This document shows, one piece after another, positions 41,616 through 52,085 of a DNA stretch of 64,000 bases. The DNA is taken from positions 288,001-352,000 of the forward strand of contig JAHHIM010000055.1 in the NCBI GenBank assembly GCA_019358915.1, read 5' to 3'. The number at the start of each line of letters is the position of its first letter. The first letter of the stretch is position 1. The notes under the pieces were generated by a model. The model was not told the origin of the DNA. It did no database searches and worked only from the letters and a program-made list of their open reading frames with translations. The position numbers were made by a program, and so were the translations under genes. The stretch comes from Trichormus sp. ATA11-4-KO1 (GTDB lineage: Bacteria; Cyanobacteriota; Cyanobacteriia; Cyanobacteriales; Nostocaceae).

Positions 41616-42361
41616 CACAACCCCCGTTTGTCGCACTGAAACTTATAATCTGGCAGTTGCCTATGAGTCTGTCTTGTCCATAAAGACATCTCAAATGTTC
41701 TATTCTTATTACGTCTGGATTGACTAAATTTATGCAATAATTTCCAAATTACTTTTTTTGCTGCTAATCTCCCATACCAGAAAAGATGGTATTGAGAGCA
41801 TTTGCCTAAATTTATGGGAAATTTAAATTTTGTAAACTTATATTTGGGAAACAAAGATTTGAGCTTTTGCATCTCTTTTAGATGCGCGAATCTTATGCAC
41901 CTCAATCCAGCCGTTATTGATATTTATAAGTTTCATCCTGCTATTTCTCTTCGGCAATGCGAAAAGTTCCAGAATTTTCACGTCGTTAAAATATTCACTT
42001 TTAGTTGTTTTACATCCCCTGGGGGTTAGAGGGAAGTAAAATAAGATGAATATTTTAATGCTTGATGGACTATTTGTGGATAGCAATTACGTTTATCAGC
42101 ATCTTTGGCATTTTCTAGAAATAAAATTTGATGAAATATGATATTACGAAAGATACATAAAAAACTTAAAAGTACCCTTACGGGTACTAGCTTACACAAG
42201 GATGTCAAGTATAAGTTTAACTAAACAAACTGCTGTATTAGTTTCAAACTCAATTAATCACCGAGTTTTTTAGATAGACAACAAAATTACTGAGCTATCA
42301 TTACTTGCTGACACCTATCAAATTTAATAGTTTTCAGTTCTCCACACCACAGTTTTTCCAA

Positions 42362-42432
42362 AAGTCAATAGTCAAAGGTCAAGAGTTAATAGTCAGTAAT
42401 TAATTAACACTGGGACTTTCAACTTTTGACTA
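42362..42432. repeat. STRR heptamer repeats forming a hairpin downstream of ccmK4
   Basis: agtcaat agtcaaa ggtcaag agttaat agtcagt ... ttttgactaa. Confidence 0.6.
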
Positions 42433-42454
42433 ATAACTGATGAGTTTAACTGTA

Positions 42455-42802
42455 TCACCTGTTAGATGACCGAACAATTGGGTTTTCTACAGATTCTCGA
42501 TACTGCTGGACTTGTTCTGTGTAACCGATTGGCAAAACAGCTTCCACATTTTCATGAGGACGAGGAATAATCACCCAAGATTCTAGGGTACCACCATAAG
42601 CATTGGCTGCGGCTTCAACACCAGCAGCCATAGCTGTTTTGACTTCAGAAACATCTCCGCGAATATTTACTGTAAAACGAGCGCTACCCACTCTTATATA
42701 ACCAACAAGGGTGACTCGACCAGCTTTAACCATAGCATCTGCTGCTGCTAATACAGCAGGAAAACCCTTAGTTTCCAGTGAGCCAACGGCCTGTAGTGAC
42801 AT
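42455..42802 (-). CDS. ccmK4: Carboxysome shell protein CcmK4
   Basis: BMC domain [31 protein letters not shown]...IPRPHENV; second gene of the pair. Confidence 0.9.
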   Translation of the reverse strand: MSLQAVGSLETKGFPAVLAAADAMVKAGRVTLVGYIRVGSARFTVNIRGDVSEVKTAMAAGVEAAANAYGGTLESWVIIPRPHENVEAVLPIGYTEQVQQYRESVENPIVRSSNR

Positions 42803-42888
42803 TTAGTAATCTCCTGTATGAATAAACGTATGTGGTGTGACCAGTCAATTGTACGCAACTGCGCTACAAAGTTTGATGACAAATTGAC

Positions 42889-43200
42889 CTAGAACATCCG
42901 GAATGGTTCTGATGCTGGAGTGAAGTGGATTGGTAGAATGGTCTCCACGTTTTCTGGGGGATTGGGAACAATGTAGTGGGTGATTACTTGACCACCATGA
43001 GCTTGTTCACCGGCGGCTATTCCTGCTTCTACTGCTGTTCTTACTTCAGCAACATGTCCCCGGACGGCGACTAACAAGCGAGCGCTTTCGGCTTGACCAT
43101 AATAGACAATTGTGACTGCGGCAGATTTTACCATGGCATCGGCTGCTGCAAGTACAGCAGGGAAGCCTAAAGTTTCAATTACGCCAACCGCCATGGGCAT
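42889..43200 (-). CDS. ccmK3: Carboxysome shell protein CcmK3
   Basis: BMC domain [30 protein letters not shown]...VPNPPENV; start moved to 43200. Confidence 0.9.
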   Translation of the reverse strand: MPMAVGVIETLGFPAVLAAADAMVKSAAVTIVYYGQAESARLLVAVRGHVAEVRTAVEAGIAAGEQAHGGQVITHYIVPNPPENVETILPIHFTPASEPFRMF

Positions 43201-43347
43201 GGCATTAGCTCCTGAGTCAAAAAATGAAGTGATATTAATTGTACGAGGCTTTAGTACCAATTTTGGCATTTGGGAAAACTTTCTGTAATTTCAGCAACCA
43301 CTACACTAGATAGTGTTGTAGACACCTGCAAATTTTCTACATTACTT

Positions 43348-45093
43348 ATGCTCAGACGCTTAAGCGGCCGTAAAATCCCTTTATTAGCCATATTTCTGTT
43401 GGTTATATGCCTTAATCTGGTAAGCGTGCGTTCATTTGGGCAAACAACTATGACATCGGTACCCCAACTGCTGACCGACCCATTTTTGCAACTACCAACG
43501 GCAACCTCAGTACGAGTAGTTTGGTTTACTGAGTTTCCTGGTAATAAACACATAGTTAATTTTGGGGAAAATCTTGACCAAAATACTCTGGCAAATACTA
43601 CCAAACTCAGCCGCACACGCGAAGACCAGCAATCACGAGTAGCAAATCAAACCCAAAACGGACAAGTTTATCAACAACCTGTTAAACGTGACATTTGGCG
43701 ACACGAAGCAGAGGTAACTGGGTTAACTGCTGGTGTGCGTGTTCCCTATCGCGTCACCAGTAGGCGCGAAGACGGTGAGAGCGTTAGCAGCGATGTTTTT
43801 ACTCTTGCGCCTACCCCAAAACCAGGTACACCATTAAAAATTTTGCTGACTTCAGATCATCAGTTAAAGCCGATGACAGTGGCAAATCTGCAAAAGGTCG
43901 TAGAGACAGTGGGACAAGTGGATGGGGTATGGTTCGCCGGTGATTTAATCAACGTGAGCGATCGCGCCTCAGAATGGTTTGATGATCATCGGGGTAGTGC
44001 TTTGTTTCCCGGTTTGCAAGGTCGCGCCCAATATGAAGTGTCACACAATGGTGTGAAAACAACCTACACAGGAGGTCAAATAATTCAACATGCTCCCATG
44101 TTTACTGCCATTGGTAATCATGAAGTTATGGGACGCTTTGAGAGAACGGGAAGTTTAAATAATGAATTTAATGATCCGATTCCCCGTGCTGTTGCCCAAA
44201 GGTTATATAGTGGGAAATCTTTAATAGACAATTCTTTTAATACTCATACTTACGAGGAAATTTTCACCCTACCCCAAAGTCAAGCAGGTGGTAAAAGATA
44301 TTATGCAGTTACCTTTGGTGATGTGCGTCTAGTGGTACTTTATGTTACTAATATGTGGCGGACTCCCAAGTTAGATGCAGGTACTAAAGGCAGATATCGG
44401 GAAGCAGAACAGGATTTCCATAATCCTGAGAATTGGGGTTATGGACAGCTAATTTTTGAACCAATTACTCAAGGTAGTCAGCAATACAACTGGCTAGAAG
44501 CAGAACTCAACAGCCCTGAGTTTCAAGCAGCCAAATACAAAGTTGTCATGTTTCATCATCCACCCCATACTCTGGGTGATAATATCGTCCCTGCTTATAC
44601 CAATCCAGTGCAGATGATTGAACGGGATGAAAATGGCGAAATCAAGGCGGTGCGTTACGAATACCCTAAGGATGCAGACTATATTATCCGCGATGTTATC
44701 CCTTTATTAGAAGCAGCTGATGTGCAATTGGTATTTTATGGACATTCTCATTTATGGAATCGCTTCGTTAGTCCCAGTGGGATGCACTTTCTAGAAACAT
44801 CCAACGTCGGTAACACTTATGGGGCTGCTTGGGGTGATAAAAAGCGCGAAGTGCCAATTGGCTACAAAGAAGATTACACGAAACTGGGTGATCCCAATGG
44901 CTTAGAACCAGTAATACCGACTATCTCGCCTTTGCTAGGGGATGATGGTCAACCAATGCCTTATATTGCCAGTAATGACATCACTGTTTTTAGTATCTTC
45001 GATACAGGAACGGGTACAGTCAGTAGTTATCGTTTTGACACCCGCAAGCCTGAGTCGGAAGTTGTGAAATTTGATGAATTTAAATTGAAATAG
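43348..45093 (+). CDS. Exported metallophosphoesterase with Fn3/purple acid phosphatase N-terminal domain
   Basis: Signal peptide, DPFLQ, TSDHQ, AGDL, GNHE, HHP, GHSH. Confidence 0.88.
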   Translation: MLRRLSGRKIPLLAIFLLVICLNLVSVRSFGQTTMTSVPQLLTDPFLQLPTATSVRVVWFTEFPGNKHIVNFGENLDQNTLANTTKLSRTREDQQSRVANQTQNGQVYQQPVKRDIWRHEAEVTGLTAGVRVPYRVTSRREDGESVSSDVFTLAPTPKPGTPLKILLTSDHQLKPMTVANLQKVVETVGQVDGVWFAGDLINVSDRASEWFDDHRGSALFPGLQGRAQYEVSHNGVKTTYTGGQIIQHAPMFTAIGNHEVMGRFERTGSLNNEFNDPIPRAVAQRLYSGKSLIDNSFNTHTYEEIFTLPQSQAGGKRYYAVTFGDVRLVVLYVTNMWRTPKLDAGTKGRYREAEQDFHNPENWGYGQLIFEPITQGSQQYNWLEAELNSPEFQAAKYKVVMFHHPPHTLGDNIVPAYTNPVQMIERDENGEIKAVRYEYPKDADYIIRDVIPLLEAADVQLVFYGHSHLWNRFVSPSGMHFLETSNVGNTYGAAWGDKKREVPIGYKEDYTKLGDPNGLEPVIPTISPLLGDDGQPMPYIASNDITVFSIFDTGTGTVSSYRFDTRKPESEVVKFDEFKLK

Positions 45094-45133
45094 TTATTCT
45101 ATATCCAGCCAACTTTTCAGAAAGCGATCGCCA

Positions 45134-45577
45134 TTACTCACATACTGCTTCCGGTAGCCAGTCTTCATCTAAGACTAACTCTAAAGAATATGGGCATTCT
45201 TGGGGAAATACGGATATTAATATCCCTGTTTGCTTGGCTGCTTGACGACGCGCCCTTTGATAGCTTGCTTCAAGTTGTTCTGTAGGATAGTTTTTGAGAC
45301 TGGGACTGTCTTGTAGAGCTAACTCAATTTGAGTGCGAGAATCAGTGATGGCATCAAGCCAACTATCTGAACGACGCTGAGGTTGATATTGCCACTTCAG
45401 TAGATGCAACAGCAGGCGAGTGAGTTGACTCGCAATACCCCGCCGTTCACTTTTGCCCAAGTCTTCAACCTCTGCAATCAGATGTTCCAAATCAATTTCC
45501 TGCCAACGATGCGATCGCAATAGTTGGGCTGTCTGTTCAATCCATAAGTAAAAATCTGCGCTATTAGTTGCGCTCAT
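45134..45577 (-). CDS. DUF29 family protein
   Basis: DFYLWIEQTAQLLR, DLEHLIAEVEDLGKSE, LLLHLLKWQYQP, SPSLK, FPQECPY. Confidence 0.92.
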   Translation of the reverse strand: MSATNSADFYLWIEQTAQLLRSHRWQEIDLEHLIAEVEDLGKSERRGIASQLTRLLLHLLKWQYQPQRRSDSWLDAITDSRTQIELALQDSPSLKNYPTEQLEASYQRARRQAAKQTGILISVFPQECPYSLELVLDEDWLPEAVCE

Positions 45578-45712
45578 GAATCGTCTTTTACCCTTTCTGA
45601 CACATTTATGGCATCAATTCTAGCCCAATCAGTTTTTGAGGTATGAGCGTTTTCATGCAAATTCTAATTTAATCAGATGTTCTTCTTTGCGCCTTTGCGT
45701 GAGAAAAACCTC

Positions 45713-45991
45713 CTAAAAATCCTCATCATCAACAAAAAACTCAGCATCCTCATCAAAGCGAGATTTACCCTGTCCAGATCCCGCAAGACCCCAGAGGGGT
45801 TGCAGTACTGCCATACCAATTAAACCAATCCCGGCACTGAAGGCCAACACTAAACCAACAGGTATTTGAATCGATTGAAATGTTAAGAATTTTAAAGATA
45901 CAGGTGTGGCATTTTGGACTGAAAGAATCGCGATCGCTACTACCCAAATAGCCACAACTAGAGATATTAAAATAGGGGTCAAAGTTTTCAT
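45713..45991 (-). CDS. LapA/DUF1049 family small membrane protein
   Basis: AILSVQNATPVSLKFLTFQSIQIPVGLVL. Confidence 0.75.
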   Translation of the reverse strand: MKTLTPILISLVVAIWVVAIAILSVQNATPVSLKFLTFQSIQIPVGLVLAFSAGIGLIGMAVLQPLWGLAGSGQGKSRFDEDAEFFVDDEDF

Positions 45992-46037
45992 AATTTTTAT
46001 TCCCCTCTCCGGCAACGAAGAGGGGTAGGGGGTTTTG

Positions 46038-47480
46038 TTAAACTGCGACTGCTTCTAGTTTAGCGATCGCACTTTCCATGTCTTGCGCGATTTTGCTCAG
46101 TTTCTCGGAAGAGTTGGTTTCCATGTAAACGCGCACCAGAGGTTCTGTACCAGAAGGACGCAGTAATATCCAGCTACCTTCTTCTAAATACAGCTTAATC
46201 CCGTCTTTACGCCCGACTTCTTTGACTTTAATTCCTGCTACCTCTGAAGGTGGGTTTTTGGTAAAGGAGTCGATAACGGCGGTTTTATGGGCTTCTGTGA
46301 GGTGCAAGTCTAAGCGGTCGTTATATAACGGGCCATCAGCTTCGGCGATCGCTTCCTTGACAAGTTGACTCAGGGGTTTACCTTCATAGGCGATCGCTTC
46401 TGCCACTAGCATATCGGCTAAAATACCGTCTTTTTCGGGAATATGCCCAATTACACTTAAACCGCCTGATTCTTCACCTCCAATCAGTACGGTAGTTTCC
46501 CGCATTTTTTCACCTATGTATTTAAAGCCGACTGCTGTTTCATAAATTGGCAAACCATATTTAGCCGCGAAATTATCCAGTAGGTGAGTTGTCGCCACAG
46601 TGCGCACTATAGCACCACTTTTACCTCTATTTTTGATTAAATGACGTGCTAACAACAGCAAAACGGTATTAGGAGTCAGGAAATTACCTAATTCATCAAC
46701 AATACCAAAGCGATCGCCATCGCCATCTGTAGCCAAGCCCAAATCAGCTTTATCGGCACGTACTGCTTCCACTAACCCAACTAGTTGTTCGCCTTTGGGT
46801 TCTGGCATTCCACCGCCAAATAGCACATCACGTTTGGTGTTAAAGCTTTCTAACTGACAGCCACAATGTTGTAAAACTTCATCTAAGTAGCCGCGAGAGG
46901 TAGAGTAGAGGGCATCGTACTTGACCTTTAAATTCGCACTCTTAATCCGTTCTACATCCAGCAAGGTGTAGATAAATTGTAAATAGTCTGGTTTGGGATC
47001 AAAAATGGAGATTTTATTACCAGCAGAACTACTACTAGGCAGCGCATCCGATGCACCTTCAATATTTGCCACAATAGTATCAGTAATCTCTGGAGTGGCA
47101 GGCCCAGCATAATCAGGGATATATTTAATCCCACAGTAAGGTGCTGGATTATGGCTGGCGGTAAACATCAACGCCCCAGCAGAATTTAAGTGACGGGCGT
47201 TGTAGGCAATTACTGGTGTGGGGCAATCCCGATCAGTAATTTTCACAGTCCAACCCAAGTCTGCCAAAACTTCAGCTGCTGTACGGGCGAACTGGTCAGC
47301 TAAAAACCGAGTATCGTAGGCAATAAGAACTGGTCTATCTTTTGCATAGGCTGTTTCGAGGTAACTTGCGATCGCTCTAGTTACTTTCCGCACATTGGGG
47401 AAAGTAAAATCATCGGCTATAATTCCTCTCCAACCGTCAGTACCAAATTTTATCTTGCTGGAATTACTACTAGCGCTCAT
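46038..47480 (-). CDS. Phosphoglucomutase/phosphomannomutase
   Basis: FGTDGWRG, TASHNP, DGDGDR, GGEESGG, RPSGTEP. Confidence 0.93.
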   Translation of the reverse strand: MSASSNSSKIKFGTDGWRGIIADDFTFPNVRKVTRAIASYLETAYAKDRPVLIAYDTRFLADQFARTAAEVLADLGWTVKITDRDCPTPVIAYNARHLNSAGALMFTASHNPAPYCGIKYIPDYAGPATPEITDTIVANIEGASDALPSSSSAGNKISIFDPKPDYLQFIYTLLDVERIKSANLKVKYDALYSTSRGYLDEVLQHCGCQLESFNTKRDVLFGGGMPEPKGEQLVGLVEAVRADKADLGLATDGDGDRFGIVDELGNFLTPNTVLLLLARHLIKNRGKSGAIVRTVATTHLLDNFAAKYGLPIYETAVGFKYIGEKMRETTVLIGGEESGGLSVIGHIPEKDGILADMLVAEAIAYEGKPLSQLVKEAIAEADGPLYNDRLDLHLTEAHKTAVIDSFTKNPPSEVAGIKVKEVGRKDGIKLYLEEGSWILLRPSGTEPLVRVYMETNSSEKLSKIAQDMESAIAKLEAVAV

Positions 47481-47586
47481 TGTTGCCACTGTCTCCCGTC
47501 CATCTTCAATACTATAGGAAGCTTCCCGCAAAGCGTGCGTAGCCGCAAGTATCCCCCAACGTATTTTTTCTCACTGCTATTGAGCA

Positions 47587-48438
47587 ATGTCAACTCCTGA
47601 TCGACCTTTTGCCAGTTATCACCTTTGGTCTTTAGTTGCCCCAGCTACAGGCCAAGAACGTTGGCATTGCCAGATGAGAAGGGGATTTATCAAAGCGCGT
47701 CAACATGAACCACAAGTTAAAGCACTCTTAGGTAAGGCCACTGCACCCCAGAGGATTGGTATACTCGCTCAAAAAGGTGTTTATGAATTCCATCATAATA
47801 GACATTTATTAAAGCAATCAGACGGTGTTGAACAAGTTGCACAGCTTCTAAAATTAGACAACTCCACCGAGCAAGTGCAACAACGTGTGCTGCAAATTTT
47901 ACAAAAATATCATGATGCTCCATTACTATTAGATAAAAACATCTTGCAATTAACTCCAGGGGATGAAGGCTTTCCCAAACCAATTTTTATTGAACAAGAA
48001 GATTATCGCTTCCGCTTATATGCAGCGATGGACTGCGTTTTTATTGAGTCTGATCACACTTTGCATATTTTAGATTTCAAAACTGGTAAATCTGCTTTTG
48101 ACCGACGACAGGCATTAGTTTATTTACTAGCTGCTCGTTATCTTTACCCTGGATTGCGCGCGGTGGCATCATTTTATAATCTAGAACTATGTAAAAAATC
48201 TGATTTAATTAGTATCAACAATAGCGAATTAGAATCTTTAAAATTTGACTTGGCAAATGTTGCCCACAAACACCAGTACGATTTGCAGAAATATCAAGAA
48301 AAAACTAGTAATTTCAGTAAAATATTTCCTCCTAATCCTGGGACTCACTGCCGTTTTTGTCCATTTAATTCAATTTGTGATTTTTCGGAAAAGGCATCTT
48401 ATTCACACCCACTGCCTAGTTTAAAAAATCATGGGTGA
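47587..48438 (+). CDS. PD-(D/E)XK nuclease family protein (Cas4/AddB-like Cys pattern)
   Basis: AMD...ILDFKTG; N-terminal Cys (WHCQ) plus C-terminal CRFCPFNSIC. Confidence 0.8.
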   Translation: MSTPDRPFASYHLWSLVAPATGQERWHCQMRRGFIKARQHEPQVKALLGKATAPQRIGILAQKGVYEFHHNRHLLKQSDGVEQVAQLLKLDNSTEQVQQRVLQILQKYHDAPLLLDKNILQLTPGDEGFPKPIFIEQEDYRFRLYAAMDCVFIESDHTLHILDFKTGKSAFDRRQALVYLLAARYLYPGLRAVASFYNLELCKKSDLISINNSELESLKFDLANVAHKHQYDLQKYQEKTSNFSKIFPPNPGTHCRFCPFNSICDFSEKASYSHPLPSLKNHG

Positions 48439-48570
48439 GGGGAGTGAATCAAGCCCGGATAATTGCTGTTTCTAAGTGCTAATAAAACGTAATTTAGACG
48501 GTTATAAAAAGGCAAAAAGCTTGCTAGATATGAATTTTCTCAACTGGGAATTCCTAAGAAATCGTTACGA

Positions 48571-48670
48571 TTGACCAAGAAGGAAGAAGTTTGGAGTCAG
48601 GAGTCAGAAGGATGAATTTGGATGGGGATTATCCTTCTTGCGTCTTCTCTCTGACTTCTGACTTCGTTGA
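48571..48670 (-). repeat. Miniature dispersed repeat, copy 2
   Basis: Reverse complement shares both ends with 3020-3099 and has a longer middle. Confidence 0.8.
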
Positions 48671-48789
48671 TTGAGAATCGGCAAAAAAGTCACCAAAAAC
48701 GCCGAGACTAAGAATATCTCAGGATATTATCTTTAGACTGGGTAGTAAGGCGATTGCCAGAATAATTCGCTAGCAATTGCCTCTTCAAA

Positions 48790-49029
48790 CTATTTGGTCT
48801 TAGGGTCGCCCATTTTTCTCCACTCCCGCAGAAGATACAGTGCAGCTACAAGCACTTGATGTAAGCGCTTGGCCAAGACAGTCAGCACCATAAGCGCAAG
48901 TAACCAATTAGGTTGATGTACTAAAGGCAATACAGGTGGAGAAAATTTTGATGTGGGTAGAGGAGAAACAGTTGGGTGATTGACCTCAGTGGAATAGTGC
49001 AAGATTGTAGAAGTTAAAATGGTTTGCAT
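48790..49029 (-). CDS. Small (79 aa) Pro-rich protein with C-terminal hydrophobic helix and basic tail
   Basis: GGAGA Shine-Dalgarno 7 nt before ATG; NWLLALMVLTVLAKRLHQVLVAALYLLREWRK; divergent from the NB-ARC gene. Confidence 0.6.
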   Translation of the reverse strand: MQTILTSTILHYSTEVNHPTVSPLPTSKFSPPVLPLVHQPNWLLALMVLTVLAKRLHQVLVAALYLLREWRKMGDPKTK

Positions 49030-49148
49030 GGGGCAGTCTCCATTTGTTTTGAAACTGCTTTCATCATCAAATTTCTAAACAATTCAAAAGCCCCCTGTTG
49101 GTATAGGGAAGGTATAAAGTTGTTTTTTTTCTTTTGCAAGTCTAAGCT

Positions 49149-50543
49149 ATGGAGTGGGTTGAGTTCCTTCGCAGTATTGCTATCAAACAGGAATTAAGTG
49201 ACGACTTAATTGAGACTTTGGTGATTCGGTTCAACGCTCGAAGTTCAGATAAATCTGATGCTAACTTGGCGCAGGAACTCAATATATCTGAAGTTGCCTT
49301 CAAAAAGCGCATGGCTGAAATTTATGAAGCTTTCAAGCCAATTTGCCCAGAGTTAGCAGATTTCATCGCTCGTGGAAAACGAGAGAAATTACGAGCTTGC
49401 TTGTGGAAACAGTTTGAGGCGCAGGATAGTTTAAAAGGGGCTGCACCGCCTAGTAACCTCCAACGACGGGGTATCCAAAATCCGCAAAACTTCGTCGGGC
49501 GAGAGCAGGAATTAGAGCAGATACATAGCCAACTTAAACAAGGCAATCAACTAGCTATCTCCGCTATCGCTGGGATGGGAGGTATAGGTAAGACCGAGTT
49601 GGCAATTCAGTACGCTAGAAAGTATGAACAGCATTATTCTGGCGGGATTTGTTGGCTGTATGCCAGAAAAGATGACTATGTTAAAACTCAAGCTGATATT
49701 AGAACTCAAATTGTGCTTTATGCAGTGGTGCAGCTGGGATTGAAAATTCCCGATGAGTTGGAACTTCCAGAGCAGGTTGCTTTCTGTTGGCGGCATTGGC
49801 CAACAGGTGATGTTTTAGTTGTGCTGGATGACGTCACGAATTATGGTGATGTTCGTCCTTACTTGCCGCCTGCATCTCAAAGGTTCAAAGTCATAATGAC
49901 AACTCGTTTAAAATTTGATTCCTCTGTTCAAACGATTTCTTTGAGTGTTTTGCAACCCCATCAATCATTGAAATTATTAGGGTTAATACTGGAGGAGCAG
50001 AAACGCTTAGAGGATGAACTCAGTATTGCATCGAGTTTGTGTGAATGGTTAGGAAATTTGCCTTTGGGGTTGGAACTGGTAGGGCATTATCTAGCGTTGG
50101 AGCGCGATTTTTCGTTAGCTGAAATTTTGTTTCGACTCCAGCAAAAAGCAAAGCAACGGCAAGTTCTAAAAGATAGAGCGCTGACTCGCACAGCAGAAGA
50201 TGAAGGGACTTGGGTAATGACAGCAGAGCGAGGCGTTGAAGCGGCATTTGAATTGAGTTGGGAGGTTTTAGATTATAATAGTCAGCATTTGGCTAAGTTA
50301 CTTAGTCTGTTTGCATTGGCTCCCATTCCTTGGGAATTAGTAGAGCAGGTTAAACAACAGCATTATGAGATGTATCCCGAAAATGGGGTTTTTAACTCCG
50401 AAGAGTTGAGAGAAGCCAAACGAAAGCTGCTACGGTTACATTTAGTTCAGCAGGAAAGCCGCACAACCTACCTTTTGCATTCACTGATTAGGGAATTTTT
50501 CAGGAGTAAGTTGGAGGGAACAGAGTATGACGGTGCGGGTTGA
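49149..50543 (+). CDS. HTH + NB-ARC (STAND ATPase) protein without sensor repeats
   Basis: N-terminal HTH (LAQELNISEVAFKKRMAEIY), FVGRE, GMGGIGKT, VLDDV, TTR, GNLPLGL, AAFELSW, LHSLIREF. Confidence 0.9.
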   Translation: MEWVEFLRSIAIKQELSDDLIETLVIRFNARSSDKSDANLAQELNISEVAFKKRMAEIYEAFKPICPELADFIARGKREKLRACLWKQFEAQDSLKGAAPPSNLQRRGIQNPQNFVGREQELEQIHSQLKQGNQLAISAIAGMGGIGKTELAIQYARKYEQHYSGGICWLYARKDDYVKTQADIRTQIVLYAVVQLGLKIPDELELPEQVAFCWRHWPTGDVLVVLDDVTNYGDVRPYLPPASQRFKVIMTTRLKFDSSVQTISLSVLQPHQSLKLLGLILEEQKRLEDELSIASSLCEWLGNLPLGLELVGHYLALERDFSLAEILFRLQQKAKQRQVLKDRALTRTAEDEGTWVMTAERGVEAAFELSWEVLDYNSQHLAKLLSLFALAPIPWELVEQVKQQHYEMYPENGVFNSEELREAKRKLLRLHLVQQESRTTYLLHSLIREFFRSKLEGTEYDGAG

Positions 50544-52080
50544 AGTTAAACAAAATACCGAGGCAGAGCAGCTAAAAATGGCTTTTTGTCGGGTGATGGG
50601 AACATTGGGGAAACAGATTGTTGCAACCACGCCTACTATCTCCATGTCGTTCTCCATACTTGAGCAAGTTAAGCCTGTGATTCCGCATCTGATAGAAGCA
50701 GCAACGACTTTGGAACCTTGGTTGACAACGGAAGACTTGATTGCATCCACCACAAGTATTGCTCGATTCTATCGAGGACAGATTGCTTATACCGAGGCAG
50801 AATGCTGGTATGAGCGTTGTTGGGAAATGACGAAAACTCGTTTAGGCGAAAAACATCCTTTTGTAGCAACTGCCCTCAACAATCTAGCAAGACTCTACCA
50901 ATCGCAAGGACGCTACCGAGAAGCCGAATCTTTATTTTTGCAATCGGTAGACATTGGACAAGAACAGCTTGGGGACGATCATCCCGAAGTAGCAAGGTCT
51001 CTCAACAATCTGGGACAACTCTACAGTGACCAAGGGCGCGACAATGAGGCCGAACCACTCCTAGAGCGCTCATTGAAAATTTGGCGGCATTACTACGGTG
51101 ATGACCATCCTCACGTGGCGACTGCCGTCCACAATTTGGCACAAGTTTATAAATCGCAAAGACGTTACAGCGAAGCTGAAACCCTCTATCAGTTATCTCT
51201 GGAAATAACCCGAAGAGAATTTGGTAGTAATCATCCTTTAGTGGCAAGTCTCCTCAGCTCTTTGGCAACGCTCTGCTATGCACAAAATCGCTATAGTGAT
51301 GCGGAAACTTTCTATCAGTTATCCCTGAAAATTGATCAAGATCACTACGGAAACGATCATCCTGAAGTAGCAACTGACCTCAGTAACTTGGCATCGCTTT
51401 ACTCTTCACAAGGACGTTACAGTGATGCTGAACCTCTCTTCCAGCAAGCATTAGATATTAAACGCCGAAAATTAGGAGATAATCATCCCCAAGTTGCGAT
51501 AAGCTTTCATAATTTAGCAGCGCTTTACTCTTCACAGGGACGTTACAGTGATGCTGAAACTCTCTACCTACAAGCATTAGATATTCGGCGACAAACACTC
51601 GGAGACAAGCATCCCCAGGTGGTAATGAGCCTCCACGAACTGGCAATATTCTACCAATCTAAAGGACAAGGAATACTCGACTTTCAAAGACGAGCTATCC
51701 TTAACGATTTGGCAGCGCTTTGTAATTCACTAAACCTTTGTAGTGATGCGGAAATCTTCTATCAATTACTGCTGAAAATCTACCGAGACCATTACGGTGA
51801 TGACCATCCTGAAGTAGCAGTTGACCTCTACAATTTAGGACTACTTTACCAATCACAAGAACGTTTCGGAGATGCTGAGGCTTTTTATCTGCAAGCATTA
51901 GAAATTTGGCAACAAAAACTAGACGATGATGATCCACGAATAGCAATCAGCCTGCACAACCTTGCAGTACTCTACTATCTTCAAGAGCGTTATGACGATG
52001 CTGAAGCTCTATTTAAGCAATCACTGAATATTTCAGAAGGAAAATTTAACAACAACTCCCTTAATTCACTGGAGTCCTAA
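50527..52080 (+). CDS. Tetratricopeptide repeat protein (42-aa kinesin-light-chain-type TPRs) preceded by the NB-ARC arm region
   Basis: GGAGG at 50513-50517; repeats of LG..HP.VA.SLNNLA.LY.SQGRY.EAE. Confidence 0.9.
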   Translation: MTVRVEVKQNTEAEQLKMAFCRVMGTLGKQIVATTPTISMSFSILEQVKPVIPHLIEAATTLEPWLTTEDLIASTTSIARFYRGQIAYTEAECWYERCWEMTKTRLGEKHPFVATALNNLARLYQSQGRYREAESLFLQSVDIGQEQLGDDHPEVARSLNNLGQLYSDQGRDNEAEPLLERSLKIWRHYYGDDHPHVATAVHNLAQVYKSQRRYSEAETLYQLSLEITRREFGSNHPLVASLLSSLATLCYAQNRYSDAETFYQLSLKIDQDHYGNDHPEVATDLSNLASLYSSQGRYSDAEPLFQQALDIKRRKLGDNHPQVAISFHNLAALYSSQGRYSDAETLYLQALDIRRQTLGDKHPQVVMSLHELAIFYQSKGQGILDFQRRAILNDLAALCNSLNLCSDAEIFYQLLLKIYRDHYGDDHPEVAVDLYNLGLLYQSQERFGDAEAFYLQALEIWQQKLDDDDPRIAISLHNLAVLYYLQERYDDAEALFKQSLNISEGKFNNNSLNSLES

Positions 52081-52085
52081 GTAAT

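Noticed and set aside
42171..42188. Palindrome AGTACCC-TTAC-GGGTACT as a LexA/NtcA site
   Set aside because: Spacing fits neither consensus; unassigned.
41410..42208. Several 60-105 aa ORFs around and upstream of the hetZ-related gene
   Set aside because: Mutually overlapping, non-ATG or without SD, no recognisable motifs.
45134..45577. DUF29 gene as part of a toxin-antitoxin or defence system
   Set aside because: Solitary, and a highly expanded family in cyanobacteria; no partner gene visible.
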